Shown here: positions 40,188-50,032 of the stretch, in pieces | Numbering within the stretch: position 1 is the first letter of the stretch | How the letters are laid out: the number at the start of each line of letters is the position of its first letter | From: Vulcanimicrobiota bacterium | GTDB taxonomy: Bacteria > Vulcanimicrobiota > Vulcanimicrobiia > Vulcanimicrobiales > Vulcanimicrobiaceae | Reading direction: 5' to 3' | DNA length: 64,000 bases | Assembly (NCBI GenBank): GCA_963733295.1 | Contig: CAVTCS010000003.1 | Location: 928,001 to 992,000 of the forward strand | Made by a program: the position numbers and the translations under genes | Notes under the pieces: model-generated | What the model was told of the DNA's origin: nothing | Databases searched by the model: none | The model's input: the letters and a program-made list of their open reading frames with translations, nothing else

Positions 40188-40703
40188 ATGAGCTATGGCG
40201 GAGGTCGCGGTCGCGATCGCGATAATTCAGGTCTCGAAGAGACGGTCGTACGCGTGAACCGTGTCGCTAAGGTCGTGAAGGGCGGCAAACGCTTCAGCTT
40301 CAGTGCGCTCGTCGTCGTCGGCGATCGCAAAGGCCGGGTGGGCTTCGCCATCGGCAAGGCCGGTGAAGTGCCCGAAGCGATCCGCAAGGGAGTCGAACAC
40401 GCCCGCAAGGCGCTGATCACGGTGCCGATGGTCGAGCGGACGATTCCTCACGAAGTCACGATGCAAGTCGGCGCCGGACGCGTCTTCATGAAACCGGCGG
40501 CGCCGGGAACGGGCGTGATCGCGGGCGGACCGATGCGCGCAGTGCTCGAGTTGGCCGGTATCCACGACATTCTCACGAAGTCGCTCGGAAGCTCGAATCC
40601 CATCAACGTCGTGTACGCGACCTACGAAGCGCTAAAGTCGCTCAAGACGGCCGAACAGGTCGCGAAGCTTCGCGATCGCACGGTCGCCGAGCTCTTCGCG
40701 TAG
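40188..40703 (+). CDS. rpsE: 30S ribosomal protein S5
   Basis: [33 protein letters not shown]. Confidence 0.97.
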   Translation: MSYGGGRGRDRDNSGLEETVVRVNRVAKVVKGGKRFSFSALVVVGDRKGRVGFAIGKAGEVPEAIRKGVEHARKALITVPMVERTIPHEVTMQVGAGRVFMKPAAPGTGVIAGGPMRAVLELAGIHDILTKSLGSSNPINVVYATYEALKSLKTAEQVAKLRDRTVAELFA

Positions 40704-40724
40704 CGGCGGCAGGAGAACGAGGAC

Positions 40725-41429
40725 ATGGCAGAAGCCAAATCGAGTCGCAAGAAAACCGCGAAGAAGCCCGTCGCCGCGAAGAAGCCGGTTGCCGCGAAAA
40801 AGGTGGTTGCCGCGAAGAAGCCGGTTGTCGCCAAGAAACCGGTTGTCGCCAAGAAACCGGTCGTTGCAAAGAAACCGGTCGCTCAGGAGACCGTCGCCAA
40901 AGCGCAAACTGCTTCGCGCGGCGCGGGACTGCGCGCGACGAGCCCGGCAACGACGCTCGCCACGCTGCGTGAGAACGCCGGCGCGCGCCCCAGGCGCGTG
41001 CGCATCGGCCGCGGCCACGGCTCGGGCATGGTCAAGACCGGCGGCGAAGGCGGCAAGGGTCAGACCGTTCGCTCGGGCGGCGGCAAAGGTCCCGCATTCG
41101 AAGGCGGGCAGACGCCTTGGGCGCGCCGTTTACCGCACAAACGCGGATACTCGCAAAAGGGCCGCGACACCGGCCACTTCGGCTCGACCTACGCGGTCGT
41201 GAACCTCGCCGCGCTGGCCGGTTGGGATCCTAAACTCGAAGTTACGCCGGAAAACCTCATCGCAAAGCGCGTCGTCTCAAAGGCGCTCGACGGCATCAAG
41301 ATCCTCGGCGGCAGCAAGCCCGGCAAGATCCTACCGTCAGGCTTGACCTTCCGCGACGTCGTGTTCTCGGCGAGCGCGCGTGAAGCGCTGGTCGCGGCGG
41401 GCGCCAAACTCGACGAACCGGAAGCGTAA
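40725..41429 (+). CDS. rplO: 50S ribosomal protein L15 with ~70-aa Lys/Ala/Pro/Val N-terminal extension
   Basis: [28 protein letters not shown]-like AGGAG before ATG 40725. Confidence 0.92.
   Translation: MAEAKSSRKKTAKKPVAAKKPVAAKKVVAAKKPVVAKKPVVAKKPVVAKKPVAQETVAKAQTASRGAGLRATSPATTLATLRENAGARPRRVRIGRGHGSGMVKTGGEGGKGQTVRSGGGKGPAFEGGQTPWARRLPHKRGYSQKGRDTGHFGSTYAVVNLAALAGWDPKLEVTPENLIAKRVVSKALDGIKILGGSKPGKILPSGLTFRDVVFSASAREALVAAGAKLDEPEA
40761..40883 (+). repeat. coding tandem repeat, 7 x 18 bp (KKPVA/VA)
   Basis: AAG AAG CCC GTC GCC GCG and six variants. Confidence 0.9.
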
Positions 41430-41434
41430 GCGGC

Positions 41435-42763
41435 TTGCTCCAGAATCTGCGCGCGGCGCTCCTGGTCCCGGATATCCGCAAGCGGATTATCTTCGTGTTC
41501 TTCGCTTTCGCGGTTTTCGTCATGATGATTCACGTGCAGCTCCCCAACGTCGACCAGGCTCGTTGGCAAGAGATGCTCCGGGGCGGGACCTTCTATAATT
41601 TCCTCGGCTTCTTGACCGGCGGCGCGCTGCAGAAGCTCTCGATCATCGCGATGGGCATCACGCCCTACATCAACGCGTCGATCATCATGCAGCTGATGAC
41701 GGTCGTCATCCCGCAGCTCGAGGAGCTGGCCAAGAAAGGCGGCGAGGAAGGCCGCCGCAAGATCAGTCAGTACACGCGCTGGTTGACGATCGTCCTGGCG
41801 ATCGTGCAGGCTTCGACGATGTCGATCAACATGCAGCGTTCGGGAGTGTTCTACGACCAATCCTGGACGTTCTTGGTCTACGCGATCGTCGCGTTCGTTT
41901 CGGGAACGCTCTTTCTGATGTGGCTCGGCGAACAGATCAGCGACAAGGGGATCGGCAACGGGGTCTCGCTGATCATCTTCATCGGCATCGTGCTGCGCTA
42001 TCCCAGTCAAGCGCTGCAGACGATCCAACTCGGGCAGAAGCAGGGCCTCAATGTCCTGGGACTCGTCGCCTTCGCCGCGATCGCGCTCGTCACGATCGTT
42101 TCGATCATCTTCATGTACCTGGGGCAGCGCCGCATTCCGGTCCAGCAAGCGCGCCGCGTCGTCGGCCGTAAAATGTTCGCCGGCCGCTCCTCGTACATTC
42201 CGCTGCGGCTCAACAACGCCGGCGTCATCTCGATCATCTTCGCGATCTCGATCTTGCTGCTCCCGCAGCAGGCGCTAGGATGGTTCGGACACTCGACCGT
42301 CCTGCCGACGTACGCGACGTTCGGCTTCCTCAGTTTTCCAACCAACTTCGCGGCGGTCGCCCTCTGGTTGGAGACGTATTTCAGTCCGAGCAGCTTCCTC
42401 TACAACTTGGCGTACTTCTTGCTGGTCGTGGTGTTCACGTTCTTCTACAGTTCGATCGTCGTGAACATCAAAGACATCGCCGACAACCTCAAGAAAAGCG
42501 GCTCGTTCATTCCGGGCATCCGGCCCGGACAGCCAACCGAAGAGTATATCCGGCGCATCCTGTTCAGGATCACGACCGTCGCGGCGGTGTACCTCGGCTT
42601 ACTCGCGGTCTTGCCTTCGACGCTGCAGCATGGCCTCCAAGTCACGACCGTCTATCTCGGTTCGACTTCCCTGCTGATCGTCGTCGGCGTCGCGCTCGAC
42701 ACGATGACGCAGATCGAGGCGCGGCTCGCGATGCGCGACTACAAAGGCTTCATGAAGCGATGA
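41435..42763 (+). CDS. secY: preprotein translocase SecY
   Basis: MGITPYINASIIMQL, GIGNGVSLIIF, IPGIRPG. Confidence 0.97.
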   Translation: MLQNLRAALLVPDIRKRIIFVFFAFAVFVMMIHVQLPNVDQARWQEMLRGGTFYNFLGFLTGGALQKLSIIAMGITPYINASIIMQLMTVVIPQLEELAKKGGEEGRRKISQYTRWLTIVLAIVQASTMSINMQRSGVFYDQSWTFLVYAIVAFVSGTLFLMWLGEQISDKGIGNGVSLIIFIGIVLRYPSQALQTIQLGQKQGLNVLGLVAFAAIALVTIVSIIFMYLGQRRIPVQQARRVVGRKMFAGRSSYIPLRLNNAGVISIIFAISILLLPQQALGWFGHSTVLPTYATFGFLSFPTNFAAVALWLETYFSPSSFLYNLAYFLLVVVFTFFYSSIVVNIKDIADNLKKSGSFIPGIRPGQPTEEYIRRILFRITTVAAVYLGLLAVLPSTLQHGLQVTTVYLGSTSLLIVVGVALDTMTQIEARLAMRDYKGFMKR

Positions 42764-43428
42764 GCGGACGGGTTGCGCGCGTCGTCTTTCTCGGACCACC
42801 TGGGGCGGGCAAAGGCACGCAGGCCAAAGCGCTCGAGGATCGCCTCGCGCTGCGTCAGATCTCGACCGGGGACATCCTGCGCCGCAACGTCGCCGAAGGG
42901 ACCGAGCTTGGCCGGCAGGCGAAGCCCTACATGGAAGCGGGCGGCTTGGTTCCCGACGCCTTGATCGTGGGCATGATGGAACCCGAACTCGCGCGCAACG
43001 ATTCGTTTTTACTCGACGGATTTCCGCGCACGGTCGCGCAGGCGGTGGCGCTCGATGCAGCGCTGCAGAGTTTGGGAAAACCGTTGACGGCGGTGGTCTT
43101 GATCGACGCCTCCCGGGAACAGCTGGTGAAGCGCCTGACGGGACGCTGGACCAACCCGCGCACGGGGCGCACCTACCACAGCGAATTCAATCCGCCGAAG
43201 GTTCCCGGCGTCGACGACATCGACGGGGGTCCGCTCGAACAACGGTTCGACGATACGGCGGAGCTCGTTTCGGAGCGGCTCGCGACGTACGACGCGAAGA
43301 CCGCGCCGCTCATCGACTACTATCGCCGGACCGGTTTGCTCGTGACGATCGACGGGTTCAAACCGATCGCGGAAGTGAGTGCCGACGTTCTGCGCGCGAT
43401 CGCGGCCAAGAGCGGGCAGGCGGCATGA
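42760..43428 (+). CDS. adk: adenylate kinase
   Basis: GPPGAGKGTQA, STGDILR, LDGFPRT. Confidence 0.96.
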   Translation: MSGRVARVVFLGPPGAGKGTQAKALEDRLALRQISTGDILRRNVAEGTELGRQAKPYMEAGGLVPDALIVGMMEPELARNDSFLLDGFPRTVAQAVALDAALQSLGKPLTAVVLIDASREQLVKRLTGRWTNPRTGRTYHSEFNPPKVPGVDDIDGGPLEQRFDDTAELVSERLATYDAKTAPLIDYYRRTGLLVTIDGFKPIAEVSADVLRAIAAKSGQAA

Positions 43429-44228
43429 TCAATCTCAAATCCGCTCGCGAGATCGAGATCATGCGCCGCAGCGGGAAGATTACGTCGAACGCGTTGACGA
43501 TGCTGTTGCAGTCCGCGCGCGCGGGCATGACGTTGCTGGAACTCGACCGCCTCGCCGAACAGTCGATTCGCGAACAGGGTGGTCTGCCTACGTTCAAAGG
43601 CTACCACGGTTTTCCGGCCTCGATTTGCGCGTCGGTGAACGAGGTCGTCGTGCACGGCATTCCGACCGACCGCGTTCTCAAGGACGGCGACATCCTCTCG
43701 ATCGACATCGGAACGACCTTTGAGGGGTACGTGAGCGACTCGGCCGCGACGGTCGCGATCGGCAAAGTCAGCGTTGAGGCCGAACGCCTCATGCGGGTCA
43801 CGCAGGAGTCGCTGATGCTCGGGATCGCTCAAATGCAGCAGGGCAGGCGCCTTTCGGACATCTCCCACGCCGTCCAGCAGCACGCCGAGTCGAACGGATA
43901 CGGCGTCGTCCGCGTTCTCGTCGGTCACGGGGTCGGCACGAACATGCACGAGGAGCCGCAGGTGCCGAACTTCGGCCCGCCCGGCCAGGGAATCGTCCTG
44001 CGCCCGGGGTTGTGTCTCGCGATCGAGCCGATGATCACCGAGGGGAGCTTCGAGGTCGAAACCCTCAAGGACGGCTGGACAGTCGTGACGGCAGATGGTA
44101 AGCTCGCAGCGCACTTCGAGCACACGATCGCGCTCACCGAGGACGGGCCGCGGATTCTGACCCTGCGCAACGTCCTCGAACACGCCGATGCGGCGCTGTA
44201 CCGTCCGAAGGAAGAGATCGCGGCCTAG
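43425..44228 (+). CDS. map: type I methionine aminopeptidase
   Basis: [29 protein letters not shown]. Confidence 0.96.
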   Translation: MINLKSAREIEIMRRSGKITSNALTMLLQSARAGMTLLELDRLAEQSIREQGGLPTFKGYHGFPASICASVNEVVVHGIPTDRVLKDGDILSIDIGTTFEGYVSDSAATVAIGKVSVEAERLMRVTQESLMLGIAQMQQGRRLSDISHAVQQHAESNGYGVVRVLVGHGVGTNMHEEPQVPNFGPPGQGIVLRPGLCLAIEPMITEGSFEVETLKDGWTVVTADGKLAAHFEHTIALTEDGPRILTLRNVLEHADAALYRPKEEIAA

Positions 44229-44275
44229 TGCCGCGAGCGCATCATGCACGCCCGAGAAGTGCTGAAAGTAACGAT

Positions 44276-44392
44276 ATGAAAGTCCGACCGTCCGTCAAAC
44301 GCATTTGCGAGAAATGCATCATCATCCGCCGGGAAGGTAAGGTTCGAGTGATCTGCGAGAGCAATCCCAAGCACAAACAGGTGCAGGGCTGA
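44276..44392 (+). CDS. rpmJ: 50S ribosomal protein L36 (not in ORF track)
   Basis: Hand translation: [38 protein letters not shown]. Confidence 0.97.
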   Translation: MKVRPSVKRICEKCIIIRREGKVRVICESNPKHKQVQG

Positions 44393-44787
44393 TGGCTCGT
44401 ATTGCCGGCATCGACCTGCCCCGCGACAAGCGGATCGAGATCGGGCTGACGTACATCTTCGGCATCGGCCTGCCGACGGCGCAACGGATCTTGGCCGAAA
44501 CGGGCGTCGATCCGAATACGCGGGTCAAGAACCTCTCGGAAGAAGATGAAAAGAAGCTGCGCGACGCTATCGACGGTCAAATCAAGGTCGAAGGCGATCT
44601 TCGCCGCGAGGTTGCGGGTCACATCAAACGTCTGACCGACATCGGATCCTATCGCGGTCAGCGTCATCGGCGCGGGCTCCCGGTTCGCGGACAGCGGACC
44701 AAGACCAACGCGCGCACGCGCAAGGGGCCAAAGAAAACCGTCGGAGCGAAGAAGAAAGCCGCGCCCGCCCCGGGCCTCAAGAAGTAA
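44392..44787 (+). CDS. rpsM: 30S ribosomal protein S13
   Basis: [27 protein letters not shown]. Confidence 0.98.
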   Translation: MARIAGIDLPRDKRIEIGLTYIFGIGLPTAQRILAETGVDPNTRVKNLSEEDEKKLRDAIDGQIKVEGDLRREVAGHIKRLTDIGSYRGQRHRRGLPVRGQRTKTNARTRKGPKKTVGAKKKAAPAPGLKK

Positions 44788-44832
44788 GCGGTAGAGTTCT
44801 TCCGGAAGTCTGCCCAGCACGGAGGATGGGCA

Positions 44833-45879
44833 GTGCTTGAGAACCGGATCGCCAAGGTTTTTGCGGCGCTGAGTTTTTCGGCGGCGCTAAGCGCGTGCGG
44901 CGGAGGCGGCGGTACGCCGCATACGCAGGGAAGTCCGACGCCGGTTCCCAGCGGCGCGACGCCGACTCCGAGCGCGACCGCGACGCCGCACGCGCCGAGT
45001 TTGGTTGCCGTCGGTTCGGTTCAGTCGCACACGGTCAGCCTGTTTCCGCCGACGGCCAACGGAACGGTGGCGCCGGTGCTGTTGACGCTGCCAGGCGGAG
45101 GCATTGCGCCGTTCGCCGTCGCGTTCGATGCCGCGGGCGATCTCTTCGTCGGCGTCTTGTCTCCCGCGAGCGTCCTCGTGTACGCTCCGGGCGCAGCGGC
45201 CGGCTCCGCGCCGCTTCGTACGGTCGCCGGTGGAGCGACCGAAATCTCGCTGCCGATCGGCGTTGCGGTTGACGGGGCGGGCAACCTCTACGTTGCAAAT
45301 GCCGGTTCCGGCGCAATCACTGTTTTTGCGCCCGGCGCGAGCGGAGACGTCGCACCGATTCGAACGATCGCGGGTGCCGCAACCGGCATCGGCGTGTCGA
45401 CGAACGTTTTGCAATCGATTGCCGTCGACTCCGCCGGTACGATCTACGCGGCACTGGCGAGCAATATGAGGGGCGGCGGCATCGCTGTCTTCGCACCGGG
45501 CGCTTCCGGTAACGTCGCGCCGGCAACGACGCTCGCCGGAACGGCGACGGGCCTCGACGGTCCGATCGCCGTCGCACTCGACGCGAACCGTTATATTTAC
45601 GCGATCGATACGAATAGCACCACGGTGCTCGTGTTCGCGCCTGGCGCGACGGGGGATGCAGCGCCGGCGCGGACCTTCAGTTCCGGCGCATTTATCGACG
45701 ATCCGGCGGGTCTTGCGGTGGACGGTCTCGGAAACATCTACGTCTCGAGTCAAATGGGAGGTCTCGGCGGAAGTTACAGCGTCTTCCCGGCGTCCTCGAG
45801 CGGAGTGGGCGTGCCGACCTATACCGCGACCGCGACGGGCGGCGTTCTCGATCAAGCGTACGGAATTGCCGTCCGATGA
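44833..45879 (+). CDS. NHL-repeat beta-propeller lipoprotein
   Basis: Lipobox LSAC, Pro/Thr linker, repeats of AVDxAGNLYVAN..FAPGASGxVAP. Confidence 0.8.
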   Translation: MLENRIAKVFAALSFSAALSACGGGGGTPHTQGSPTPVPSGATPTPSATATPHAPSLVAVGSVQSHTVSLFPPTANGTVAPVLLTLPGGGIAPFAVAFDAAGDLFVGVLSPASVLVYAPGAAAGSAPLRTVAGGATEISLPIGVAVDGAGNLYVANAGSGAITVFAPGASGDVAPIRTIAGAATGIGVSTNVLQSIAVDSAGTIYAALASNMRGGGIAVFAPGASGNVAPATTLAGTATGLDGPIAVALDANRYIYAIDTNSTTVLVFAPGATGDAAPARTFSSGAFIDDPAGLAVDGLGNIYVSSQMGGLGGSYSVFPASSSGVGVPTYTATATGGVLDQAYGIAVR

Positions 45880-45889
45880 GGAATCGCTC

Positions 45890-46267
45890 GTGAACCCTTT
45901 CAATGCGTTCGATCACGTTCAACTCGCGATGCCGGCCGGAGAAGAGGCCCTGGCGCAAGCCTTCTATGCGGATCTTTGCGGCATGACGGTGCTCCCGAAA
46001 CCGGCCGACCTCGCGGGACGCGGCGGAGTCTGGTTCGCCAGCGGCGGCCTGCAATTGCACCTCGGAGTCGATCCGAACTTCGTGCCCGCGGCAAAAGCGC
46101 ACGTCGCGTTGCGCTGCGCCGACTACGGAGGACTGGTGGCGAAGCTTGAAGCCGCCGGTCACAAGGTCACCGTCGCCGGGACCTTCGAAGACGGCGCGAT
46201 CCACGCGTACGTCGCCGATCCGTTCGGCAACCGGTTGGAATTGGTCGGAGGTCCGAACGCCGGCTAA
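45890..46267 (+). CDS. glyoxalase/VOC family protein
   Basis: DHVQLAMPAGEE, GGVWF, DPFGNRLEL; GTG 45890. Confidence 0.85.
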   Translation: MNPFNAFDHVQLAMPAGEEALAQAFYADLCGMTVLPKPADLAGRGGVWFASGGLQLHLGVDPNFVPAAKAHVALRCADYGGLVAKLEAAGHKVTVAGTFEDGAIHAYVADPFGNRLELVGGPNAG

Positions 46268-47838
46268 TCGACGCCGGCCGCGGCGCTCGCGGCGGCGTTC
46301 ATTTTACGCGTGCTTTTTAACATGAAGACGAGCGGAATCGAGAAGACGAAGACCAGCGCGCAGATGCGGAAAACGTAATCGTACGAAAGCACGATCGCGT
46401 TTTGCGTAACGGTGGCGGAGAGTGAGGCCAGCGCATGGGCGCGGTTCGTGGCCTCGTTCAGCATCGAAGCGACCGCGGGATTCGAAAGCGTAACGCTGCC
46501 GGCCAGCGCCTGCTGATCGAAATCCTGACGCCGGATTTGCAGTAATTCGAGAATCGCTATGCCGAGACTCCCGCCCAGTTGACGAACGAGCGTGTAGAGC
46601 CCGGTGGCGTTGGCCATCTTCGCGTTACTGATCGCCGAAAGCGTCACCGTCGTCAGCGGCACGAACAGAAAGCCGAGCGCAAAGCCTTGCATCGCGCGCG
46701 GCCAGAAGATGTCCCAGTATCCAGCGCTCTGAGTCAATCCGCCCATGTACCACGAGCCTATGCCGAAGAGCGCAAGGCCGGCCGCGATCGAGATGCGTCC
46801 GTCGATGAGGTTCGTCAAGCGCCCGGCGATGGGCATGCTGAGCGCCGTCGCGACCGCTCCGGGGAGGAGCGCGACGCCGGTCTGCCAGGCGCTGAAACCT
46901 AAGACGTTTTGGAAGAACAGCGGGAGCACGAGATTGAGACCGAAGAGGCCGAAGCCGCTCACGACGGCGATGATCGAGCCCGACGTGAACGAGCGCGAAC
47001 GGAAGACGCTCAGGTCGACGAAGGGGTGCGGATCGCGGATCTCGCGCACGATGAAGAAAGCGAGTGCCGCGAGCGACACGATGGTCATGATCGTAATGCC
47101 GCCCGAACTGAACCAGTCGTCGCGTTGACCGCGCTCAAGGACGTACTGCAGGGCAGCGACGCCGATGGCCATCGCGGAGAGGCCGATCAGGTCGATGCCC
47201 CGGCTCGGTTTTTTGATGTACGACGGATCGCGAATGTAGGCGAGCGTCATCATGAAGGCGACGATGCCGATCGGGATGTTGATGTAGAAGATCAGCGGCC
47301 AGCTGAAACTGTCGACGATGTAGCCGCCTAGGGTCGGGCCGATCGCCGGGCCGACCATCGCACCGAGACCGAAGATGGCCATCGCTTGCCCGCGCTTGTG
47401 CGGCGGATACGACTCGAACAGAATCGACTGCGCGGTCGGCTGAAGCGCGCCGCCGCCGAGTCCCTGGAGTACGCGCCAGATGACGAGCTCGACGACCGTA
47501 TGCGCCGTTCCGCACAGGAACGAGGCCACGGTGAAGATTCCCAACGACCACAGATAGTATTTTTGGCGCCCGAGGACCGCGGTGAGCCAGCCGTTCAGCG
47601 GCATGACGACGACGTTGGCGAGGATATATCCGGTTGCGACCCACGAGATCTCGTCGATCGACGCGCCCAAGTTGCCGGCCATTTGCGAGAGCGCCACGTT
47701 GACGATCGACGAGTCGATGATCGCCATGATCAAGCCCAGCATCACCGTGGCGGTGATGAGGGCGACCGGCGGCTCGGCCCGGCGCGGCGCGTCTTTCGAG
47801 AACGGCTGCAGCGCGGGACGCAGTGCTAGGGACGCGAT
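46264..47838 (-). CDS. DHA2/EmrB-QacA family MFS efflux permease (start uncertain: ATC 47838 or GTG 47745)
   Basis: IDSSIVNVAL, WVATGYILA, GPAIGPTLGG, WPLIFYINIPIG. Confidence 0.92.
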   Translation of the reverse strand: MASLALRPALQPFSKDAPRRAEPPVALITATVMLGLIMAIIDSSIVNVALSQMAGNLGASIDEISWVATGYILANVVVMPLNGWLTAVLGRQKYYLWSLGIFTVASFLCGTAHTVVELVIWRVLQGLGGGALQPTAQSILFESYPPHKRGQAMAIFGLGAMVGPAIGPTLGGYIVDSFSWPLIFYINIPIGIVAFMMTLAYIRDPSYIKKPSRGIDLIGLSAMAIGVAALQYVLERGQRDDWFSSGGITIMTIVSLAALAFFIVREIRDPHPFVDLSVFRSRSFTSGSIIAVVSGFGLFGLNLVLPLFFQNVLGFSAWQTGVALLPGAVATALSMPIAGRLTNLIDGRISIAAGLALFGIGSWYMGGLTQSAGYWDIFWPRAMQGFALGFLFVPLTTVTLSAISNAKMANATGLYTLVRQLGGSLGIAILELLQIRRQDFDQQALAGSVTLSNPAVASMLNEATNRAHALASLSATVTQNAIVLSYDYVFRICALVFVFSIPLVFMLKSTRKMNAAASAAAGVD

Positions 47839-47881
47839 GACGCCGTCTCCGGCTTCCGTCTCGTGTAGAGGGTATGGCGCG

Positions 47882-47897
47882 ATGACATTAAAGTCAT
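47882..47897. promoter_or_regulatory. putative TetR operator
   Basis: Inverted repeat ATGAC-attaaa-GTCAT in the AT-rich gap between the divergent MFS and TetR genes. Confidence 0.55.
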
Positions 47898-47930
47898 TGT
47901 TACCATTACAACGCCGGGAGAATCAAAACG

Positions 47931-48686
47931 GTGTCACACCAGGTCGTCAAAGCGGTCCGCGGGCGGCGCTACCGCTACGAGGTCCAGAGCTATCGCGATC
48001 CCGAGAGCGGCAAAGTTCGCGGACGCTGGCGCTACCTCGGGCGCGTGGAAGCCGAGGGCGATGCGCTCGTGCCTCGGCTGCGACCTCCCGCCGGCACTCG
48101 CGAGCGGCTCCTCGACGCGCTCGCGCTGCTGCTGGACAGCCAAGAATTCTCGGACGTAACCGTCTCGAACATTGCCGCGCAAGCCGGCCTTGCGCACGGC
48201 ACGTTCTACCGCTATTTCAGCGACAAGAATGCGGCGCTCAGAGCCGCCGCGGGACGAATTCGTGAAGAGGCGGAGCGCTCGCGTCCCGACTTCGCCGCGC
48301 CGCTAGGGCAGTTAGCCGCCGAACGCGCCCGGATCCGCGGCTGGGTCGAGACGATGTTGCGCGCGCCGGTCGACCGGCCGGGTCTGCTGCGCGAGTGGTA
48401 CGCCGCGCTGGCGCGCGATCCGGCGTTGCAAGCGGAGCGAGCAAGCAGGCGCGAAGAATCGGTGCGAATGTTCGCCGCGTACCTTCGGCGCTTGAACGCG
48501 GCCGGAAAGATCGCGCTCGAGCGTCCCGCCGAGCTCGCCGAGGCGCTTCTAACGGCGATCGACGGGGCCTTTCGCGGGCTCGCCCTGACCCGTAAGCCCT
48601 TTGGAGAGCCCACCATCGCCGGACTCGCCGACCTCTTCGACCGGGCGATCTTCGGACCGCCTGCGAAGCGGACGAAAGGCAGTTGA
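47931..48686 (+). CDS. TetR/AcrR regulator with extra N-terminal domain
   Basis: TRERLLDA..VTVSNIAAQAGLAHGTFYRYFSDK HTH, preceded by about 50 extra residues. Confidence 0.88.
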   Translation: MSHQVVKAVRGRRYRYEVQSYRDPESGKVRGRWRYLGRVEAEGDALVPRLRPPAGTRERLLDALALLLDSQEFSDVTVSNIAAQAGLAHGTFYRYFSDKNAALRAAAGRIREEAERSRPDFAAPLGQLAAERARIRGWVETMLRAPVDRPGLLREWYAALARDPALQAERASRREESVRMFAAYLRRLNAAGKIALERPAELAEALLTAIDGAFRGLALTRKPFGEPTIAGLADLFDRAIFGPPAKRTKGS

Positions 48687-48712
48687 CCGGCGAGGTCGTG
48701 CCCGTGTATACT
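48683..48712 (+). promoter_or_regulatory. sigma70-type promoter for rpsK-rpsD-rpoA-rplQ
   Basis: TTGACC-18 nt-TATACT. Confidence 0.65.
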
Positions 48713-48874
48713 TCCGTGTCGGCTGTCTTCGGCGGCCTTCGCGCGCTTCGGCGCGACCGGACGTCCTCGCCGCTCGTCCGCGCTCACAGACTACGACGTC
48801 GCGACGGCGTTTAGGGTCGAGGCGACGACACCCCGGGGTCGTGCCGCGGGGCAAGATAAAACGCTGGAGTTCGA

Positions 48875-49270
48875 TTGGCCGCCAAGAAACAAACCAAGAC
48901 GCGCAAAAAGCGCGAGTTTAAGAACGTCGGAGCGGGTGTCGCGCACATCCACTCGTCATTCAACAACACGATCGTCACGATTAGCGACAACCAGGGAAGC
49001 GTCATCGCCTGGGCGTCGGCCGGGAATCTCGGCTTCAAGGGTTCGAAGAAATCGACGCCCTTCGCCGCGCAGATGGCTGCCGAGGCGGTCGCGCGCAAAG
49101 CGATGGATCACGGCATGAAACAAGCCGAGGTCTACGTCAAAGGCCCGGGCGCCGGACGCGAAGCCGCGATCCGCTCGCTCCAAGCTACCGGTCTTGAGAT
49201 CACGCTCATCAAGGACGTGACGCCGATCCCTCACAACGGCTGTCGCCCGCCAAAGCGCCGGCGCGTTTAG
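48875..49270 (+). CDS. rpsK: 30S ribosomal protein S11
   Basis: [34 protein letters not shown]. Confidence 0.98.
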   Translation: MAAKKQTKTRKKREFKNVGAGVAHIHSSFNNTIVTISDNQGSVIAWASAGNLGFKGSKKSTPFAAQMAAEAVARKAMDHGMKQAEVYVKGPGAGREAAIRSLQATGLEITLIKDVTPIPHNGCRPPKRRRV

Positions 49271-49282
49271 GATATAGAGAAG

Positions 49283-49942
49283 ATGTCACGTTATACGGGC
49301 CCCGTCTGCCGTCTGTGCCGCCGCGAAACCGCGGCCAGCAAGACCGGCGAAAAGATCAAGCTCTTTCTCAAAGGCGACCGCTGCCTCTCCAAAAAGTGCG
49401 CCGTCGAGCGGCGCGGTACCGCGCCCGGCCAAAAGACGCAAGGCAAACCGAGCCGCCAGAAGATTTCCGAATACGGCCGCCAACTGCGCGAGAAGCAGAA
49501 GATGCGTCGCTACTACGGCGTGATCGAGACGCAGTTCGAGAATTATTTTCGCGAAGCCGCGCGCGTGCCGGGACAGACGGGAAAAACGTTCTTGCAGCTG
49601 CTCGAACGTCGGCTCGACAACGTCGTTTACCGCACCAACCTCGCGACCAGTCGCGCGCAGGCGCGCCAACTGGTGACCCATCGCCACTTCCGCGTGAACG
49701 GCCGCATCGTCAACATCCCGTCGTACCTAGTGAAACCCGGCGACGTGGTCACGATCGGCGAGCGCTCGAAATCGTCGCCGCTTCTCCAGTCGAACCTCGA
49801 GTACGCAAAGGCGCGCGCGCATCCGGAATGGCTCGAATACGACGATCAGAACGCCGAGATCAAAGTCAACGCGCTTCCCAGCCGCGAGCAGATCGATACT
49901 CCCGTCGACGAGCAACTGATCGTCGAATACTACTCGCGCTAA
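49283..49942 (+). CDS. rpsD: 30S ribosomal protein S4 (zinc-binding type)
   Basis: [38 protein letters not shown]. Confidence 0.98.
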   Translation: MSRYTGPVCRLCRRETAASKTGEKIKLFLKGDRCLSKKCAVERRGTAPGQKTQGKPSRQKISEYGRQLREKQKMRRYYGVIETQFENYFREAARVPGQTGKTFLQLLERRLDNVVYRTNLATSRAQARQLVTHRHFRVNGRIVNIPSYLVKPGDVVTIGERSKSSPLLQSNLEYAKARAHPEWLEYDDQNAEIKVNALPSREQIDTPVDEQLIVEYYSR

Positions 49943-50032
49943 ACCACCAAGCCGCCGCTAGGCGTCCGATCGTCACCCGCGTAACGGGTCGGCGGATAAC
50001 GTAAGCGGCAACGAAGGAAACCACAACCGACC

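Noticed and set aside
43140..43240. Adenylate kinase LID lacking zinc cysteines
   Set aside because: Zinc-free long LID variants are well known.
45100..45760. Repeated DNA motifs in the lipoprotein gene
   Set aside because: Explained by ordinary NHL/beta-propeller protein repeats.
44788..48690. Cargo block as a prophage or integrative element
   Set aside because: No integrase, transposase, att-like repeats or phage genes were seen.
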